Source: Cupriavidus necator (lineage in GTDB: Bacteria > Pseudomonadota > Gammaproteobacteria > Burkholderiales > Burkholderiaceae). From it: a DNA stretch of 32,000 nt. Shown here piece after piece: positions 1 to 7,184 of this stretch. The stretch spans positions 1,590,001-1,622,000 of the forward strand of contig NZ_CP066019.1 in assembly GCF_016127575.1 (NCBI RefSeq). Reading direction: 5' to 3'. Position 1 is the first letter of the stretch; every line of letters starts with the position of its first letter. The position numbers were made by a program, and so were the translations under genes. The notes beneath the pieces were generated by a model that saw nothing but the letters and a program-made list of their open reading frames with translations, had not been told where the DNA came from and did no database searches.

Positions 1-192
1 CGCCGGGTCCATGAAATCGCTTTGCGAGCTTGGGCGCACAACCGGCCCACTGCCCTGGTGGCCGAAGCCACTTGCGATGGACGGCTTTGGGGAATCTAAT
101 CCGACGGAGAGGCGTCCCGAGGAGGGTCCCATCGCGCAATGCACAAAATGCGGATCTGAGAACCCCGTGGGCGCCAATTCTTGCCAAACGCC

Positions 193-1410
193 ATGCCAGC
201 CTCCCACTCAGGAACCACCGGCTTCCCCACGATCCTGTTTGGCGCTTTCGATCGCCACAACTTCGGCGACTTGCTGCTGCCGCATGTGATGCGAAGCCTG
301 ATCGGGCCGGCCAACCCGTTCTACGGGGGCCTGGCCGAGCGCAACCTGAGAATCCATGGCGGCCATCGGGTCCACACCCTGGCGCGGCTTGCAGCCAGCG
401 TGGGCGACAGCGCCGTCGATGTCATCCATGTGGGTGGCGAAACCCTGACCTGCTCGCTCTGGGAGGCGGCCGTGATGCTGCAGCCTCCCGGGCAGGCCCG
501 GGCAGTAGTGGCAATGCTCGATGCCCGGCCGCACGAGCGGACGGTCTGGGCCCAGGCGCAGCTGGGCATACGGGACCTTGTCCCCTACCTGTTGCCGGCC
601 GGCATCTTTGCCAACGTCCGGCGTGTCATTGTCCACGCCGTCGGCGGCATTGAACTTGGATCGGTTGAGCCTGCCATGCGGGCCGAGGTGGTGGCCAAGC
701 TCGGGGCCGCCACCAGCGTCGGGGTACGAGACCATCAGACCCGGGCCATGCTCGCGGAGAACGGCATTGCCTGCCGCCTGGAGCCCGATCCGGCCGTGCT
801 GGTGGCCGAGTTGTTCGGCCCCTGCATCCGCCGGCGCGCCCGCCAGGGCGAGTGCGCCCGCATCGTGTCAGGGTTCTCGGGGGGATACCTGGCCGTGCAG
901 TTCAGCGCGGATTTTGGCGACGACGATACCCTTTCACAGCTGGCGGCCCAGCTCGAACGTATCGCCCGGGCCAGGGCCCTGGGCATGGTGCTGTTTCGCG
1001 CCGGCGCCGCGCCCTGGCACGACGACCTGGCTTGCTACCAGCGCCTGGCGGCACGGCTGCGCGGCACGCCTGTGGTCCTGTTCGAATCGCTCAATCTGTG
1101 GGATATCTGTGCGCTGATTGCGCACAGCCAGGGCTTTGTCGGCAGCAGCCTGCACGGCGGCATTGTCGCCGGCGCCTTTTTCCTGCCACGGCTTGGCCTG
1201 CTCCGGCCCGCACAACCTCCTGGCACCAGCAAGCAGGTCGCCTTTGCCGCGGCCTGGGGCGCGGCCGGGGCGCCGGCCGCGGTGATCGTTCAGGATCTTG
1301 CGGACGGCCTGGACGAAGCGATGGCAACCCGGACCGCGCAGCGCAGGGAACTGGCCTGGGAATGGGCCAAGGCATGCAGGAGCGCATTCCAGCTGGTTCA
1401 GGAGAACTAG
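193..1410 (+). CDS. polysaccharide pyruvyl transferase family protein (putative)
   Basis: Long ORF (track 181..1410; TTG at 181, first ATG at 193). 'ILFGAFDRHNFGDLLLP' near the N-terminus and 'GSSLHGGIVAGAFFLP' near the C-terminus resemble the GxxNxGD and (R)LH..I.A..G.P motifs I recall for pyruvyl transferases. Composition is protein-like, unlike the overlapping R/P/G-rich frames. Start codon uncertain. Confidence 0.5.
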   Translation: MPASHSGTTGFPTILFGAFDRHNFGDLLLPHVMRSLIGPANPFYGGLAERNLRIHGGHRVHTLARLAASVGDSAVDVIHVGGETLTCSLWEAAVMLQPPGQARAVVAMLDARPHERTVWAQAQLGIRDLVPYLLPAGIFANVRRVIVHAVGGIELGSVEPAMRAEVVAKLGAATSVGVRDHQTRAMLAENGIACRLEPDPAVLVAELFGPCIRRRARQGECARIVSGFSGGYLAVQFSADFGDDDTLSQLAAQLERIARARALGMVLFRAGAAPWHDDLACYQRLAARLRGTPVVLFESLNLWDICALIAHSQGFVGSSLHGGIVAGAFFLPRLGLLRPAQPPGTSKQVAFAAAWGAAGAPAAVIVQDLADGLDEAMATRTAQRRELAWEWAKACRSAFQLVQEN

Positions 1411-1456
1411 CGCGATCGAAGTGCCCGCCCGAGACGCAAGTCCCCGGTACGAAAAA

Positions 1457-1478
1457 GCGGGCTTCCGAAGAAGCCCGC
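1457..1478. terminator. bidirectional hairpin terminator between convergent genes
   Basis: GCGGGCTTC-CGAA-GAAGCCCGC is a perfect 9-bp stem with a tetraloop. It lies between the stop at 1410 (+) and the stop at 1513 (-). An A5 run lies on the left (U-run for the minus strand) and GGTTTG on the right. Confidence 0.6.
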
Positions 1479-1512
1479 CCGGTTTGCCGCTAGACGCCTG
1501 TATATCGGCCGG

Positions 1513-2832
1513 TCAGGCTGGAACCTGCGTCCCCGCCGCCGCCGTCTCCTTCGAGAAAAGACTCCTGGAAGTCGCTACATGGCTGGCCAGCACCGGCCGC
1601 AAGACCATGATCGCCAGGAAGGCCGCGCTCAGGTCCATGGCCGCCACCGTGTAGAGGACCGTCGACCAGGTGCCGCTCGCCTCCATCATCAGGTTGCCGA
1701 CCGGCACGAACAGTGCGCCGATGCCCTTGGCCGTGTAGAGCACGCCATAGATCTTGCCGATGTGCTTGGTGCCGAAGGCATCGCCGGCCAGTGCCGAGAA
1801 CAGCGAGTAGACCTCGCCCCAGGCCAGGAACACCACGCCCGACAGGATCAGGAAGGCGTACGGGTTGCTGCCGAAGTAGCCGAGCGCGATGATGCCAAGG
1901 CCTTCCAGGGTGAAGGCGATGACCATGGTCTTCTCACGGCCGATGTTGTCCGAGATCCAGCCGAACAACGGACGCGAGATGCCGTTCATGATCCGGTCCA
2001 GCATCAGCGCGAGCGGCAGTGCGGCCATCACGAAGAAGTGCAGGTCGACCTTGAACTCCTTCACACCCAGGTCCTTGGCGATGACGCCAAGCTGGGCCAC
2101 GGCCATCATGCCGCCGGTGACGACCAGGATGAACATCACAAACATCAGCCAGAACAGCTTGGTGGACATCGCTTCCTTGAGCGTGTAGTCGCGCGTGGCC
2201 TGGACCAGCTTCTGCGATGCCTTCACCTCGCTACCCTTCGGTGCGCGCAGGAACCACGCCGCGACAAAGGCGAGTCCGCCCTGCAGCAGGCCGAAGAACA
2301 GGAAGGTGTGCTGGAAGCCCTGCGACTCGATCATGGCCGCGATGGGCAGGATGGTTGCCGCGGAACCGGCGCCGTAACCGCCCGCGGTCAGGCCCACCGC
2401 AAGGCCACGGCGGTCCGGGAACCACTTGAGCGCGTTGTTGATGCAGGTGGCGTAGATCGAGCCCACGCCAAGGCCGCCAACGGCTGCGCCGACGTAGAAG
2501 CCCATCAGGGTGGTGGCCTGGGAGTTGATGCACCACGCCGCGCCGATGAAGACCGCGCCGAAGGCGACCATCATGCGCGGGCCGAACTTGTCGATGAAGT
2601 AGCCTTCGATCGGCGCCAGCCAGGTCTGCACAAGGACGAAGACGGTGAAGGCGATCTGGATGCTGGCGCGCGACCAGCCGTAGGTACTCTGGATTTCAGG
2701 GACGAAAAGGGTCCAGGCGTATTGAATATTGGCGGTGGCGATCATGCAGATCACACCGACGATCAATTGCAGCCAGCGTGTGCCTTCCGGGACCTGGCGA
2801 TTAGCGCCCAGCGCTGCGGACGGATTACTCAT
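1513..2832 (-). CDS. MFS transporter, oxalate/formate antiporter (OFA) family
   Basis: 439-aa ORF that is hydrophobic throughout, with about 12 TM-like segments. The N-terminal 'RWLQLIVGVICMIATANIQYAWTLFVPEI' is typical of OFA/OxlT-like MFS proteins. AGGAG (rc of ctcct, 2841-2845) lies ~8 nt upstream of the ATG at 2832. Confidence 0.8.
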   Translation of the reverse strand: MSNPSAALGANRQVPEGTRWLQLIVGVICMIATANIQYAWTLFVPEIQSTYGWSRASIQIAFTVFVLVQTWLAPIEGYFIDKFGPRMMVAFGAVFIGAAWCINSQATTLMGFYVGAAVGGLGVGSIYATCINNALKWFPDRRGLAVGLTAGGYGAGSAATILPIAAMIESQGFQHTFLFFGLLQGGLAFVAAWFLRAPKGSEVKASQKLVQATRDYTLKEAMSTKLFWLMFVMFILVVTGGMMAVAQLGVIAKDLGVKEFKVDLHFFVMAALPLALMLDRIMNGISRPLFGWISDNIGREKTMVIAFTLEGLGIIALGYFGSNPYAFLILSGVVFLAWGEVYSLFSALAGDAFGTKHIGKIYGVLYTAKGIGALFVPVGNLMMEASGTWSTVLYTVAAMDLSAAFLAIMVLRPVLASHVATSRSLFSKETAAAGTQVPA

Positions 2833-3268
2833 TTGCGCGCTCCTTGAATCATTTGGCCATTCAGTTGCGGGGGTGCGGGCGGGTATGCGGACGCACTGCG
2901 CCTCAGCATAAGGGTGGCTGCTGGCATTTCATGTCTCCTGTGTCATTGGCATTTATTTGCCTCTTATTCCGACGCCGACCTGAGGTCTCCGCCCTCACCT
3001 CTCTCAAGTTCGGAGTGGCGATGGAATACACAGTATGTGATATATCAGGTAAGTCAAGGGAAAGGCATGGCAGGGTTTTCACTGAATTTATGATTGCGAA
3101 GGATGGGTTCCGGATATTCACGCTGAAAATGCATCATCGCCCCTGGAAGGAGGCCCGGCCGGGCACCGCCGGATAACCATGAAACCCTTTACTGGAGCCA
3201 CTTCCGGGCGCGTCGCCGCCGATAGATGAGGGTTCGTTTTGAATGGATGAGGAAAACGACTTAAATCC

Positions 3269-3362
3269 CATCATTACAAATTTGTCATACCCGGAAGCCG
3301 TCCGTTCCGGCCAGAACAGCATGATTACGAAAATGTCATGATTACAGAAATGTCATGATTTT
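3269..3362. repeat. 17-nt tandem repeat CATGATTAC(R)(R)AAATGT, about 2.4 head-to-tail copies at 3320-3362 plus a degenerate copy at 3269-3288
   Basis: Read directly: c-atgattacgaaaatgt / c-atgattacagaaatgt / c-atgatt at 3320-3360. A related copy, catcattacaaatttgtcat, sits at 3269-3288. All lie in the AT-rich spacer. Confidence 0.7.
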
Positions 3363-3430
3363 GACCGCACCGAATGATGAACGAAATAAATCAGAGCGAT
3401 TAATACGGCATAAAACCGCACCGGCGAGCC

Positions 3431-3462
3431 AAAAAAAATGCCCGCAGGCAAGCCTGGCGGGC
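3431..3462 (-). terminator. rho-independent terminator readable only on the minus strand (orphan)
   Basis: The minus strand reads GCCCGC-C-AGG CTTG CCT GCGGGC (9 bp with one bulge, tetraloop), followed by A then T8 (plus-strand A8 at 3431-3438). There is no T-run on the plus-strand side. Confidence 0.65.
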
Positions 3463-3573
3463 GTAGGCATGATGCGTGACATCAGCCGCAGCATGTAGAT
3501 GCAGTTATAGGCGATTATTCGGGCCAGACAAATAAATAAAAACGCTTAGCGCGGGGTGGCGGTCAGGGATTCT

Positions 3574-3616
3574 CGAAAACCCTGAGGGATTTACCGAAAA
3601 ACCCTGAGCGCGATTT
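3574..3616. repeat. direct repeat CGAAAA(A)CCCTGAG..GATTT x2
   Basis: cgaaaaccctgagggattt (3574-3592) and cgaaaaaccctgagcgcgattt (3595-3616). The first copy is also part of the inverted repeat TCAGGG-N11-CCCTGA. Confidence 0.6.
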
Positions 3617-3730
3617 GGCGAGATTCAGCAGATGGCAACTTGTCATGATGGATTTCGATTTGCTGGCCAGATGCGCTGCTGCCCGGGTCGGCAGGCAAGC
3701 ACTGTAGACAAGATCATCCAGGCTGCCCAT

Positions 3731-3870
3731 GAAAGTAGATGAAACGGTAAGTACTGTAGAACTCCTGGAAGCCCGGCGGCCAGGTTGCCCATCCATTGCT
3801 ATAGATAGAATGGAAAGCAGCAGGCATAGAAGTAGATCTTTTGGTAAGTTCTGTAGAAACTCTGGTAAGC
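3731..3870. repeat. pair of ~42-nt imperfect direct repeats immediately upstream of fic
   Basis: Copy A, 3731-3772: gaaagtagatgaaacggtaagtactgtagaactcctggaagc. Copy B, 3829-3870: gaagtagatcttttggtaagttctgtagaaactctggtaagc. Shared blocks are GTAGAT, GGTAAGT, CTGTAGAA and CTC(C)TGG. A third CTGTAGA lies near 3703. Confidence 0.65.
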
Positions 3871-3907
3871 TCCCGAGCAAACCGGCATCCGGAAATTGCG
3901 ACCATCT

Positions 3908-5431
3908 ATGTCTCATGCGCCACTTGGCTACGACGCGCTTATCCGCAAGTTCGGGCTGCGCGTGCCGCCGCTGCGCTCGACGTCCGCCCTTGCCGACAAG
4001 ACCGGGGTCCTCAGCACGCACACCGGACCGGACGGCACCACGCGCACCGTGTACCCAAGGAACCGCTACCGCGGCGGCGATACGACCGTGGACCACCTGA
4101 CTTTCGCGCTGAAGAAGGAGCAGCTCGACCTGACCGTGCTGGCGGCGCTGTTCGAACATGCGCCAGCGGTGCAGGCCGTACGGGAGTGGCTGGCGGCCAC
4201 CCCGACCTCGCGCTATGCGAGGCTGAGCGCGTTCTATGCCAAATGGCTTGCCGGAGCGCAATTCGACTACAAGCTGCCGGCCGGGGCGCCCAGGGTACTG
4301 GCGCTGGACGAGAGCCGGTACCTGACCGGCCCGGCAACGCCGGACCTGCAGTTCGGCATCCAGAACAACCACCTCGGCCCGGCCGCGTTTTGCCCCCTGG
4401 TGCGCCGCACCGAGAAGCTGGCGCAGTACATTGCCGCCGACCTCCCCGGCCGCGTGGCCGCGGCCATCAAGCGGCTCGAGCCAGAGTTGCTGGCGCGCGC
4501 GGTGGACTACCTCTACCTCGCGGAGACACGATCGACCTACTCCATCGAGCACGAGATCCCCGATAACCAGCGGGTTGCCAAGTTCAGGCGGCTGCTGGAA
4601 TATGCCGGCAATCCCGCGCCGTTGACCGAAGCCCAGCTGTGCGAGTGGCAGAACGAAATCATCTCGGGGCTGCGCGCCGAATTCTCCTACCGCGACAAGC
4701 AGAACTGGCTGTCCCGCGGCGGGCGCATGCGCAACATCGCTGACTATATTCCCCCGCCGCCCGGGCAGCTTGGCGCGATGATGGACGGGATTGCCGCGGT
4801 CGCGGGCCTGGTCGAGGCACAGGCGGCGAACCCCATCGTGGCCGCGGCGTGCGTATCGTTTGGCTTTGTCTTCGCCCACCCGTTCTACGACGGCAACGGC
4901 CGGCTCCATCGATTCCTCATCCACCATTTGCTGCGCCAGGCCGGTGTCACGCCAGATGGCGTCGTGCTGCCGGTGTCGGCACGGATGCTCAAGCAGATCG
5001 ATACCTATGCCGCGCTGCTGAAGTCCTATTCCGCCCCGCGGACGGCCCTGCTCAACTACGCGCTGGATTCGGACAGCGACACGATCCTGATCAAGTCGCC
5101 ACAGCCCGGCTGGCTTTACGCATCCTTTGATGCAACAGCGCTGTGCGAATTCGTCTTCGAATGCATCGAGCAGTGCGTCGAGCAGGACCTTGCGCAGGAG
5201 ATCCAGTACCTGCGCGCTTACGATGCCAGCGTCGCACGCCTGGAAAGCTGGCTCGACCTGCGCCAGTCACGCCTGTCGAACCTGATCGACCTGATCGTCC
5301 AGAACCACGGCGAGCTGTCCAGGCGCAAGCGCAAGCTGTTCGAAGACATCACGGACGACGAGCTCGCCCGCATTGAAGCCGTCGTGCGCGACGAATTCAC
5401 GGAATACCTCGAGCTCAACGGCAGCCGCTGA
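3908..5431 (+). CDS. Fic/DOC family protein (putative AMPylase/adenylyltransferase) with an extended N-terminus
   Basis: Canonical Fic motif HPFxDGNGRxxR is present as 'HPFYDGNGRLHR'. Upstream, 'AETRSTYSIEHE' looks like an inhibitory-helix motif, and 'YRDKQNWLSRGG...DYIPPPPGQL' is typical of Fic_N-type proteins. Track ORF is 3896..5431 (TTG at 3896); the first ATG is at 3908. Confidence 0.85.
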   Translation: MSHAPLGYDALIRKFGLRVPPLRSTSALADKTGVLSTHTGPDGTTRTVYPRNRYRGGDTTVDHLTFALKKEQLDLTVLAALFEHAPAVQAVREWLAATPTSRYARLSAFYAKWLAGAQFDYKLPAGAPRVLALDESRYLTGPATPDLQFGIQNNHLGPAAFCPLVRRTEKLAQYIAADLPGRVAAAIKRLEPELLARAVDYLYLAETRSTYSIEHEIPDNQRVAKFRRLLEYAGNPAPLTEAQLCEWQNEIISGLRAEFSYRDKQNWLSRGGRMRNIADYIPPPPGQLGAMMDGIAAVAGLVEAQAANPIVAAACVSFGFVFAHPFYDGNGRLHRFLIHHLLRQAGVTPDGVVLPVSARMLKQIDTYAALLKSYSAPRTALLNYALDSDSDTILIKSPQPGWLYASFDATALCEFVFECIEQCVEQDLAQEIQYLRAYDASVARLESWLDLRQSRLSNLIDLIVQNHGELSRRKRKLFEDITDDELARIEAVVRDEFTEYLELNGSR

Positions 5432-5458
5432 AGCGGCGGCACAGCATTGGCACTGCCC

Positions 5459-5483
5459 GGTGCCGCCACCATGGGGCGGCACC
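5459..5483 (+). terminator. hairpin downstream of fic (possible terminator)
   Basis: GGTGCCGCC-ACCATGG-GGCGGCACC is a perfect 9-bp stem, 28 nt after the fic stop. There is no clear U-tract. Confidence 0.35.
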
Positions 5484-5704
5484 GGCGCCACTATGTATCG
5501 CTTTGTATCCCGGGCCACGGCAGACATGAAAGCTTGCACGGATGCCGGGAAGCGGAAACAACCCGGATACGTGCGGACGGTGGAATGCGTCTATCGCCAA
5601 CACCGGGAGTTCTCCGCCATGTCCGTCGTCGCCATCCATCCGCCGCCGCCCTGCCCCTGCTATCGTGCCTGCCACGACACCGCGCACGCCGACGGAAGCC
5701 ATCC

Positions 5705-6406
5705 ATGATCGACGCCTTCCTTGCCTTTGCCGCCGGCGTGCTGACTATTGCCTCGCCCTGTGTGCTGCCGGTGCTGCCCATGCTGCTGGCCGGCTCGGTG
5801 GGCGAATCCGGCCGGCTGCGCCCGCTGGCGATAGCGCTTGGCTTCGTCAGCGCGTTTTCCGCGCTGGGCATAGTCTTTGGCGCACTGTCCAGCGCCTTCA
5901 GCGAAGCCCCAGGCGTGGTGCGCAACGCGGCCATCCTGTTGCTGCTGGGTGCCGGCCTGGCACGGCTCTGGCCGGCGGGCTTCGAGCGCCTGGCGGCCCC
6001 GTTAGCCGGCGTGGTCGACCGCCTGGCGGGCGCCGGCGGCCGGACCGGCACCGGCGTGGCCGGCGGCTTTGTGCTGGGCATGACGCTGGGCGCGGTGTGG
6101 ACCCCGTGCGCCGGGCCGGTGCTGGCGTCGATCCTCGCGCTGGTGGCCAAGGCGCAAGACCTGCATCGCGCCGCCGGCCTGCTGGCGCTGTTCGCGGCTG
6201 GCGCGGCCATCCCGATGCTGGGCATTGCCTATGGCGGCCAGTTCGCCACCACTCACGTGCGCCGGCTGGCGCGTCACACGCACCGGCTGCAGCAAGGCTT
6301 CGGCGTGCTGGTGGTGGCGACCGCCATCGCCATGTACTTCCAGTACGACACCCTTGCCGTCGCCTGGCTGACCTCCCTTTTCCCTGCCTCCCAACCTGGA
6401 GCCTGA
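5705..6406 (+). CDS. cytochrome c biogenesis CcdA/DsbD-like transmembrane thiol:disulfide electron transporter
   Basis: Both conserved membrane-embedded cysteine motifs are present: 'IASPCVLPVLP' and 'VWTPCAGPVLA'. The protein is hydrophobic. The track ORF starts at 5447, but that 86-aa extension is R/H-rich and not protein-like; the ATG at 5705 starts 'MIDAFLAFAAGV'. Confidence 0.8.
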   Translation: MIDAFLAFAAGVLTIASPCVLPVLPMLLAGSVGESGRLRPLAIALGFVSAFSALGIVFGALSSAFSEAPGVVRNAAILLLLGAGLARLWPAGFERLAAPLAGVVDRLAGAGGRTGTGVAGGFVLGMTLGAVWTPCAGPVLASILALVAKAQDLHRAAGLLALFAAGAAIPMLGIAYGGQFATTHVRRLARHTHRLQQGFGVLVVATAIAMYFQYDTLAVAWLTSLFPASQPGA

Positions 6407-6409
6407 ACC

Positions 6410-6928
6410 ATGCATCGCTTGCTTCGTACCCTGCTTGCCACTACCGCCATCGTCGCCGCCCAGCATGCCGCCGCCGCCCCTGCCGACTATGGCAAGGCGC
6501 CGGAATTCACCGGCATCGACAAGTGGCTCAACTCTGAACCGCTGACCGTTGCCGGGCTGCGCGGCAAGGTCGTGCTGGTCGATTTCTGGACCTATAGCTG
6601 CATCAACTGCATCAACACGCTGCCCCATGTGCGTCAGTGGTACGACAAATACCGCGACAAGGGCCTGGTCGTGGTCGGCGTCCACACCCCGGAGTTCCCC
6701 TTCGAGAAGTCCACCGCCAACGTGCAGGCAGCGCTCAAGCGCTTCGATATCCGCTACCCGGTAGCGCAGGACAACGCCTATGCCACCTGGAACGCCTGGC
6801 GCAACCAGTACTGGCCGGCGCTCTACCTGGTCGACGCCAACGGCACCGTGGTCTACAAGCATTTTGGCGAAGGGAATTACGCCCAGACCGAAGCGGCCAT
6901 TCAGAAGGCGCTGGGCAAGAACAAGTAA
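6410..6928 (+). CDS. periplasmic thioredoxin-like (redoxin / DipZ C-terminal-like) protein
   Basis: Signal peptide 'MHRLLRTLLATTAIVAAQHAAAA'. CxxC motif in 'FWTYSCINCINTLP'. The start lies 3 nt after the ccdA-like stop, suggesting translational coupling. Confidence 0.8.
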   Translation: MHRLLRTLLATTAIVAAQHAAAAPADYGKAPEFTGIDKWLNSEPLTVAGLRGKVVLVDFWTYSCINCINTLPHVRQWYDKYRDKGLVVVGVHTPEFPFEKSTANVQAALKRFDIRYPVAQDNAYATWNAWRNQYWPALYLVDANGTVVYKHFGEGNYAQTEAAIQKALGKNK

Positions 6929-6988
6929 GCCTGCCATATCGCTTACAAGCGACCATTGAGCGCGAATGGCGAACGAGCCTGCCGCGCG

Positions 6989-7016
6989 CTGGGCCGTGCT
7001 CTCCGGCACGGCCCAG
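6989..7016 (+). terminator. hairpin after the thioredoxin-like gene
   Basis: CTGGGCCGTGC-tctccg-GCACGGCCCAG is a perfect 11-bp stem. There is no strong U-tract. Confidence 0.45.
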
Positions 7017-7101
7017 GCCTTGGAGCCTGTTCTCGCTTCCAAGACACATCCGAGCCGGTTCCCCGGCACACCTTACGAAAATTCAGATTCCCCAATCTCT
7101 A

Positions 7102-7128
7102 GTTAATAGGAATCATTCTGATTATAAT
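7102..7128 (+). promoter_or_regulatory. candidate Fur box in an AT-rich promoter region
   Basis: gttaataggaatcattctgattataat contains the AATCATT core and GATTAT/ATAAT hexamers of the Fur consensus GATAATGATAATCATTATC. By hand it matches roughly 13 of 19 positions. It lies ~60 nt upstream of the TonB-dependent receptor start. Confidence 0.4.
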
Positions 7129-7184
7129 TCGCGGGGTTTTCAAAAGCACATTAAACACATCACTACGTTCGCCTGACCATAACC

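Noticed and set aside
1-192. ORFs 11-289 and 30-653 at the left edge
   Set aside because: They overlap the better-supported pyruvyl-transferase-like frame, are P/R/G-rich, and have no motif. The first 180 nt are treated as intergenic or promoter sequence.
1579-2847. 422-aa plus-strand ORF opposite the OFA transporter
   Set aside because: It is extremely D/R/H/E/G-rich and lies antisense to a clearly polytopic MFS protein, so it is a GC artefact.
2844-3322. Small ORFs in the AT-rich spacer: 110 aa at 2844-3176 (+), 72 aa at 2903-3121 (-) and 62 aa at 3134-3322 (-)
   Set aside because: None has a Shine-Dalgarno sequence, their composition is odd, and no motif is recognisable. I cannot support them as genes, though ribosome profiling could revisit this.
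3320-3362. Possible CRISPR array
   Set aside because: The 17-nt units are directly adjacent with no spacers, only ~2.4 copies are present, and no cas genes occur in the window.
3563-4927. 454-aa minus-strand ORF opposite fic
   Set aside because: It is antisense to the ORF carrying the canonical HPFxDGNGRxxR motif. Its composition is R/G/P/A-rich and not protein-like. Only its extreme 3' end (55 codons from ATG 3730) lies in non-coding DNA, and that part has no SD.
5447-5470. Sigma54-like TGGCAC-N5-GGTGC element after fic
   Set aside because: The -12 element does not match TTGC(A/T). The sequence overlaps the post-fic hairpin, lies ~250 nt from the next start, and no enhancer-binding protein gene is nearby.
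5447-5704. N-terminal 86-codon extension of the CcdA-like ORF, and the many overlapping ORFs between fic and ccdA
   Set aside because: The extension is R/H/G-rich and contains rare codons. ATG 5705 begins a typical CcdA N-terminus. No independent gene is supported in 5432-5704.
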